From: an uncultured bacterium
GTDB taxonomy: Bacteria > JAJVIF01 > JAPKYR01
DNA: 12,816 bases
Direction: 5' to 3'
NCBI GenBank assembly: GCA_965369865.1
Contig: CBDURU010000101.1
Span: 1 to 12,816 of the forward strand
In this document: piece after piece, positions 7,645 to 12,816 of the stretch
Position numbering within the stretch: the first letter of the stretch is position 1
Layout of the letters: each line of letters opens with the position of its first letter
The notes under the pieces: generated by a model
Databases searched by the model: none
What the model was told of the DNA's origin: nothing
Seen by the model: only the letters and a program-made list of their open reading frames with translations
Translations under genes and position numbers: made by a program

Positions 7645-8571
7645 ATGACAGTAAAAGCCAGGAATAATGGCAGGCCAAAGCCACCGCCAATAAGCAAGTT
7701 AACTAATTCGCGGAAACTTATCGCTTTTGGATGGTATGGGGGGAAGTTTTCTCACCTTGCGTGGTTATTACCCCTACTTCCTCAATCGGAACATTACTGC
7801 GAACCGTTCGGAGGTTCTGCTGCTGTTCTTCTAAACCGTCCCCCATCTCCGATTGAAACATATAATGATCTTGATGGTGAAGTAGTAAATTTTTTTAAAG
7901 TTCTCCGGGATCAGAAAGAAAAATTGATTGAAGCTATAGGTTTAACCCCTTTTTCGCGAGAGGAATTTAGTTTAGCTTGCACCTTAGATCCGAAGTTAGA
8001 ACCACTTGAGAGAGCAAGACGTTTTTATGTGCGAGCTCGTCAAGTTAGGACCGGTCTTGCTCAAACGGCAAGCATTGGCCGATGGGCAAATTGCAAATTA
8101 ACAAGTCGTGCAGGTATGAGTGGGGTAATAAGTAGATGGTTGGGAGCAGTTGAGGCTTTGCCTGGGATTGCTGAACGGCTCATTCGGGTACAAATTGAGA
8201 ACCGTCCTGCAATTGACGTCATTAATCTTTACGATTCACCAGTTACACTTTTTTACTGTGATCCACCATATATCCATGCAACCCGTACGGATGTAAATGC
8301 ATATGGATATGAAATGACTAACAAACAGCATCGACAACTTGCTGAAGAGTTAGATAGAGTTGAAGGCAAGGTTGCTATATCGAACTACGATTGTGACTTA
8401 ATGGATGAGCTTTATCCTCCACCAAAATGGATTAAAGTGATTGCTCCAGAGCGGACTATTCATTCTACAAAAGGCACACGGTCTGAGGTACTCTGGATTA
8501 ATTATGAGTTACCTCAAGTGAATGATAAGATTGCTGGGGAGCAAAATCAGGTGCGACTGGAGTTCAACTAA
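7645..8571 (+). CDS. Dam/D12-class N6-adenine DNA methyltransferase of a type II R-M system
   Basis: FGWYGGK, SAM-binding EPFGGS, YNDLDGEVVNFF and catalytic FYCDPPY, with motif I preceding motif IV (alpha order). Confidence 0.93.
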   Translation: MTVKARNNGRPKPPPISKLTNSRKLIAFGWYGGKFSHLAWLLPLLPQSEHYCEPFGGSAAVLLNRPPSPIETYNDLDGEVVNFFKVLRDQKEKLIEAIGLTPFSREEFSLACTLDPKLEPLERARRFYVRARQVRTGLAQTASIGRWANCKLTSRAGMSGVISRWLGAVEALPGIAERLIRVQIENRPAIDVINLYDSPVTLFYCDPPYIHATRTDVNAYGYEMTNKQHRQLAEELDRVEGKVAISNYDCDLMDELYPPPKWIKVIAPERTIHSTKGTRSEVLWINYELPQVNDKIAGEQNQVRLEFN

Positions 8572-9692
8572 TGGATGAACTGGAAGAAATTCTTAACGAA
8601 AAACTGAATTCAGCTCAAACAGACCTCAATACGCCAGCAGTAAAAGGTGAAGAGATATTAAATCGTATCGATTATATATGTCATTGTGACAACCGGGCTG
8701 GTGTACGTTTATTAATGTCTTGTATGCTGGTTAAAATCCATAAACCAGATGTAGACCCTCGACAGCCTTATACCGAGATCGGGACCGATCAGTGCTTTTC
8801 AGGACGAAAATATGATGAAAAGTATATCACTCATTTCATTTATAGCAATAAATTACCCTGTAATCCAACAACTGCATTTCTAACACCAGCACTTCGTAAC
8901 ATTAAATCTCCTTTAACAATTGATATCGATATTGTTGGCCGACCAGCTCAAGTATATCAGGATACATTGCAACTTCTTGATGATGTAGCTAATGGTCGAG
9001 TCTCAGCAGATGAAGTCCTGCTTGAAGTTATCAGGCTTCTATTGATCATCCGAAATGAGAATCAAGCCCGTATAAATTTACTAATTGAAGGCATTGAGAG
9101 AGGGAAAGATTCACTTCCACTTTCCTCCGAGTCAATTGTCTCCTTGATCGAACAACACATTGCATGCAAGCATTCAAGTCGGTTGCCGGTGTTAGTAGTT
9201 GTAGCATCTTATAAGGTTGCGCAAGACAGACTTCAAGAGAAAGCACTTCCGCTCCATGCTCACACAGCGGCAGATGAACAAACAGGAGCAATCGGAGATG
9301 TTGAGGTATGTCTTGAGAATGACGATAAGATAATAACCGCCTATGAAATGAAAATGAAACGAGTCACAATCGATGATATTGATCGCGCTGTACAAAAAAT
9401 CGGAGGGAAGGAGGCTCAGATAGATAATTACGTATTTATCACAACAGATATAATCGATGAACCGGTTCGTGAATATGCCGCTTCGATGTACGAAAGAACC
9501 AATGGAACTGAGATTGTGATTTTAAATTGCATTGGTTTTTTACGTCACTTCCTCCATCTTTTTCACCGTCTACGCATACCATTTTTAGATGCATATCAAG
9601 AATTAATACTCGACGAACCTGATAGTGCGGTACGTCAACCACTTAAAGAAGCATTCCTCTTATTACGAAAGGTAGCTGAATCAGACGAATGA
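8571..9692 (+). CDS. Type II restriction endonuclease, PD-(D/E)xK fold, SacI-family-like
   Basis: Coupled to the methyltransferase by a TAATG overlap. Putative active site HTAADEQTGAIGDVEV...AYEMK and N-terminal FSGRKYDE...P motif. The family assignment is from recall. Confidence 0.75.
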   Translation: MDELEEILNEKLNSAQTDLNTPAVKGEEILNRIDYICHCDNRAGVRLLMSCMLVKIHKPDVDPRQPYTEIGTDQCFSGRKYDEKYITHFIYSNKLPCNPTTAFLTPALRNIKSPLTIDIDIVGRPAQVYQDTLQLLDDVANGRVSADEVLLEVIRLLLIIRNENQARINLLIEGIERGKDSLPLSSESIVSLIEQHIACKHSSRLPVLVVVASYKVAQDRLQEKALPLHAHTAADEQTGAIGDVEVCLENDDKIITAYEMKMKRVTIDDIDRAVQKIGGKEAQIDNYVFITTDIIDEPVREYAASMYERTNGTEIVILNCIGFLRHFLHLFHRLRIPFLDAYQELILDEPDSAVRQPLKEAFLLLRKVAESDE

Positions 9693-9879
9693 TATTGGTA
9701 AAGGAAATATTGACCCCATAAAAAATTATCAACAGCTTAATCAGCATAAGACTCACTAATCATTTACGGGATATTGGATACTTAATCAGCAGCACAATTG
9801 CCGAGCCTGCTATCAATGCCTTGAACAGTCGCAGTATGAGCGGTAGAAATTAAGTTAGTGGAATTCCAGTGATTCCGTG

Positions 9880-9885
9880 TATAAT
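9880..9885 (+). promoter_or_regulatory. -10 element, probable leaderless mRNA for the ROK gene
   Basis: TATAAT-CTCACCC-ATG, with a 7-nt spacing and no Shine-Dalgarno sequence. Confidence 0.65.
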
Positions 9886-9892
9886 CTCACCC

Positions 9893-10795
9893 ATGAGGCT
9901 TGCTCTCGATATCGGTGGGACCTTCATAAAGATCGCGTGTATCACCGATGCAGGTGATATTCTCGATACGAGTAAATTTCCGACCGATCCCAATCTTTCA
10001 AACCGGGAATTCGTAAATGTCCTCGTTGAGAATACAAGGAAATCAATAGCTGAATGGGAAGGGGAATTTACAGTCATCGGTGCGGGCATGGCCGGGTTTG
10101 TCGATGGCGTAAGAGGTATTATCCATAAAAGCCCTAACATTCCTAATATTAAAGACCTGGAACTCGCGAGAGAACTTACAAAGGAACTGGGAATTCCCGC
10201 ATGGGTTGAAAATGATGCTACGGCGGCTGCGTGGGGTGAATTTCTTTTTGGGGATCACGATGGTAACCGGTACATGCTCATGCTGACACTCGGAACCGGT
10301 AACGGAGGCGGCCTGGTGCTGGACGGAAGGTTGTATCGAGGTTCACGCGGCATGGCGGGCGAGATCGGGCAGATGATTTACGAGCCTGGCGGTCCGGAGT
10401 GTCCGGGCGGGGCAAGAGGATGTTTCGAACACTGGACCGGAAAAACGGGTCTGATGAATGACTACAAAGATGTTGCTGAAATAAACGAATTAATCGAACC
10501 CGAGGTTATTAATGAACTGGCAGCGTCAGGAGAAAAAGCCGCGATCGAAGCCTGGCGAAATTACGGAACGCGTCTCGGGATTATGATCGCAACAACTGCC
10601 AACCTTCTTGATTTAGACATCGTGGTTCTGACCGGAGGGCTTCTCGGAGCCTGGGATAATTTTATCGGTCCATTGAAAGAATCCATGAATGAACATTTAA
10701 TAACACCGCATAAGGATGTACTCAGAGTTGAAAAATCCACGCTTGGCGGTAACGCGGGATTGCTTGGCGCGGCATTTCTCGATAAAACTGTGTAA
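9893..10795 (+). CDS. ROK-family sugar kinase (glucokinase-like), no HTH
   Basis: LALDIGGTFIK, VENDATAAAWGE, LTLGTGNGGG, GMAGEIGQ and AGLLGAA. Start moved to ATG 9893. Confidence 0.9.
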   Translation: MRLALDIGGTFIKIACITDAGDILDTSKFPTDPNLSNREFVNVLVENTRKSIAEWEGEFTVIGAGMAGFVDGVRGIIHKSPNIPNIKDLELARELTKELGIPAWVENDATAAAWGEFLFGDHDGNRYMLMLTLGTGNGGGLVLDGRLYRGSRGMAGEIGQMIYEPGGPECPGGARGCFEHWTGKTGLMNDYKDVAEINELIEPEVINELAASGEKAAIEAWRNYGTRLGIMIATTANLLDLDIVVLTGGLLGAWDNFIGPLKESMNEHLITPHKDVLRVEKSTLGGNAGLLGAAFLDKTV

Positions 10796-10841
10796 TATGG
10801 TTTTGGATCAATAGTAAAAAGTACCTGGAGCGCTTAATAAC

Positions 10842-12140
10842 ATGGGATCCAAATTTTTAATCGCGGTTACCCTGGTTCTTTCCGTCATGTTCCAGTGGGA
10901 TTCTCCCCGTCCGGCGGCATTCGCGGATTTCACCGACACGAAAAACGGGTATGCATTCAATTATCCTGTTTACTGGGGTGTGGCTGTCAACACCGACTCG
11001 ATACTCTCGATCCAGGATGGAGCGATCGATTTAATCCGGCAGGAGGAACTGAGCGAAGCTGATCGGGCATCCTACAAGGTTCTTGTCCATGTGGAGGGAG
11101 GGCAGGATTACCAGTCGAATATCGCGGTACTTGTCAGTCCGCACAACTCCGAACTGACTCCCGAATATCCCGACAGCGAATCCGCTGTCCAGGCGATTGT
11201 CAGTGAATTTGACAGTATCAAAGCGTCCGGGACCTATGCTCTCGAGGAGACCTACCTTGGAGAAAGCCATTGCTATGTTTACCGGAGGAGTGTTCCTGTA
11301 GACAGGTGGGACGAGAATATCCGTATCACATACTACCTGGCGGCAAGCACCACCCACGCTTATTTTCTGGTGGAAACAGTCCGTGAAAGTGCTCTAAGCG
11401 AAGTGGAGGTAAATGAGTTTAACCAGGTCATTCAATCGTTTCGTGTAATAACAAATGAGTCGGGTTCAATCGATCCGGGACTCGACTGGGGCGCGTTCAA
11501 ACCGGGAGACGAAACTGCCGGTAATGAGGCGTATACGGAAATCGGACGTGTTCAGGTGGTTGAAGAGTTTTTAAATAACGACCTTGGATGGCCGGTGGGC
11601 GACGGTTCAAGCGTGGAGAACGGGCAGTACATCCTGGACAGCCGTATGGGTTTCCCGTTCACGGTAAGGAACACCGCGCTTGGACAGATCGGTTTCGATT
11701 TCGAGTGTTTGAGCGAGGTGACGTTTCTTGATGGCGACGATACCGCCGGGTACGGGCTTGTGTTCGGTTACCGCGATGACGATAACTATTTCGGATTCCT
11801 TATTACCAGGGCTGGTCAGTATCTTGTTTTTGAGGAACGAAACGGGATAATTGAACACCTGATTCCCTGGACTGAATCGCGCCACATTGAAAGCGACACT
11901 CATGTTCTGAAAGTGGCCGGTGATTACCAGACACTTTCGGGACCGGAGCTGCTCCACCGATACGCCATGTTTTTCTACATCGACGATAACCATATCGGCA
12001 ATATACGGGTTGAGCGGGTACTGGATATGTCCGGATGGTACGGGGTATTTGTTTCGCGCGAATTAAATGTCGGTTTCGAATGGTTCGAGACCCGGAATTA
12101 TATCGAGGATGCCATCATGACACTCGACCGGTACGAGTGA
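10842..12140 (+). CDS. Secreted two-domain hypothetical protein: PsbP-like N-terminal domain and concanavalin/DUF1080-like C-terminal domain
   Basis: Signal peptide. FTDTKNGYAFNYPVYW resembles a PsbP-type start, and GYGLVFGYRDDDNYFGFLITRAGQY resembles a lectin-like beta-sandwich. GGAG at 10827-10830. Confidence 0.6.
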   Translation: MGSKFLIAVTLVLSVMFQWDSPRPAAFADFTDTKNGYAFNYPVYWGVAVNTDSILSIQDGAIDLIRQEELSEADRASYKVLVHVEGGQDYQSNIAVLVSPHNSELTPEYPDSESAVQAIVSEFDSIKASGTYALEETYLGESHCYVYRRSVPVDRWDENIRITYYLAASTTHAYFLVETVRESALSEVEVNEFNQVIQSFRVITNESGSIDPGLDWGAFKPGDETAGNEAYTEIGRVQVVEEFLNNDLGWPVGDGSSVENGQYILDSRMGFPFTVRNTALGQIGFDFECLSEVTFLDGDDTAGYGLVFGYRDDDNYFGFLITRAGQYLVFEERNGIIEHLIPWTESRHIESDTHVLKVAGDYQTLSGPELLHRYAMFFYIDDNHIGNIRVERVLDMSGWYGVFVSRELNVGFEWFETRNYIEDAIMTLDRYE

Positions 12141-12152
12141 ATTAGTTACAAT
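12124..12152 (+). promoter_or_regulatory. Candidate promoter for the FN3 lipoprotein gene
   Basis: TCGACC-N17-TACAAT, with GGAG/AGGA Shine-Dalgarno at 12168-12176. Confidence 0.4.
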
Positions 12153-12178
12153 ATACATTGAATGATTGGAGTAGGACT

Positions 12179-12816
12179 ATGAAAGGATTCCGACTTAGTG
12201 TTTCACTGATAATTACTGCTTTGCTCCTAGTAAACTGCGCGGGAGGTGGTGGTCCGGTCGCGCCGGGTGATTACATGCCGCCTGTATGGGACACAACTAC
12301 TGGCGTCACGAGTGTGGTGCCGGGTGAAAACCAGGTCACGGTGATCTGGGGCACGGCAACCGACGCCATGACTCCACCCGTGGAATACCTCGTTTACATC
12401 GATGAGGACGAAGATCCGTGGGATCAATCACCTGTTTTAAAACCGTCAAACGATCCGCACGTGTTCTCGAATCTCGACAATGGCACGGAATACTGGTGCG
12501 GTGTGCGATCCAGGGACAGTGCCGATCCGCCGAATGTTGAGAAAAATGACGTGGTGATTTCAGCGACACCAGAAGGCCAGGTTACGCTGGATACGTCACC
12601 GCCGGTTTGGGATGACACGGTTGGAGTGGTGACAGTTGTCAAGGGGGAGGGTTCTGTGACAGTTGAATGGGGGACAGCAACGGACGCCGAGTCACCGCCG
12701 GTTGATTACCTGGTTTATGTCGACGAGGACGATGAGCCGTGGGATATGGAACCGATGGTCTTCACGACAAACGATCCGTACACTTTCACGGACCTGTTTT
12801 CAAATATCGACTACCA
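12179..12816 (+). CDS. 3'-truncated lipoprotein with two FN3-like repeats (absent from the ORF track)
   Basis: Manual translation: MKGFRLSVSLIITALLLVNC-AGGGGPVAPG-DYMPPVWDTTTGV...WGTATDAMTPPVEYLVY...YWCGVRSRDSADPPNVEKN...DTSPPVWDDTVGV...WGTATDAESPPVDYLVY...DPYTFTDLFSNIDY. Lipobox-like Cys20. The frame is open to the end of the window. Confidence 0.88.
   Translation, partial: MKGFRLSVSLIITALLLVNCAGGGGPVAPGDYMPPVWDTTTGVTSVVPGENQVTVIWGTATDAMTPPVEYLVYIDEDEDPWDQSPVLKPSNDPHVFSNLDNGTEYWCGVRSRDSADPPNVEKNDVVISATPEGQVTLDTSPPVWDDTVGVVTVVKGEGSVTVEWGTATDAESPPVDYLVYVDEDDEPWDMEPMVFTTNDPYTFTDLFSNIDY
12269..12816 (+). repeat. Intragenic tandem duplication, 321-nt (107-aa) FN3-like unit
   Basis: DxxPPVWD starts at 12269 and 12590. 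The units share WGTATDA, PPV.YLVY.DED..PWD and NDP..F..L. Confidence 0.9.
12777..12815 (+). repeat. Terminal direct repeat, right copy (39 bp)
   Basis: Identical to 1-39 and in the same reading frame in both ORFs. Confidence 0.97.

Larger units (their letters stand above)
7060..9860. mobile_element. AT-rich, probably horizontally acquired defence islet (GIY-YIG plus type II R-M); boundaries approximate
   Basis: Hand counts give 18/60 GC for lines 7141 and 8821 versus 42/60 for line 6601 in mnmE. It carries defence genes, but no integrase or att site is visible. Confidence 0.55.

Noticed and set aside
9046..12642. Minus-strand short ORFs opposite the endonuclease, ROK, secreted protein and FN3 genes
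   Set aside because: They are antisense shadows of better-supported plus-strand genes.
1..12816. Plasmid or phage genome implied by the terminal repeat
   Set aside because: There are no rep, par, integrase or virion genes, the cargo is chromosomal, and the final base mismatches.

Overview
Bacterial chromosomal-type segment, possibly a whole contig. It contains a minus-strand housekeeping cluster (mnmE, DUF4127-like protein, ChaN-like protein, xth) and an AT-rich insert upstream of mnmE encoding a small standalone GIY-YIG-like nuclease, a Dam-family m6A methyltransferase and a coupled PD-(D/E)xK restriction endonuclease. After that come a ROK kinase with a degenerate Zn motif and a secreted PsbP-like/lectin-like protein. 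The most notable feature is that bases 1-39 and 12777-12815 are identical. Joining the ends fuses an ORF missed by the track (a lipoprotein with two FN3-like repeats, from 12179) in frame to the beta-propeller ORF at the start, giving one 680-aa protein with a GC-rich N-terminal half and an AT-rich C-terminal half. So either two directly repeated paralogues flank the 12.8-kb block, or the block is a circular or tandem unit. There is also a nested REP-like cluster (1533-1810), a structured intergenic region (6724-7011) and evidence of leaderless promoters. I saw no tRNA, rRNA, CRISPR array, integrase or transposase. All family assignments come from motif recognition by eye, not database searches.
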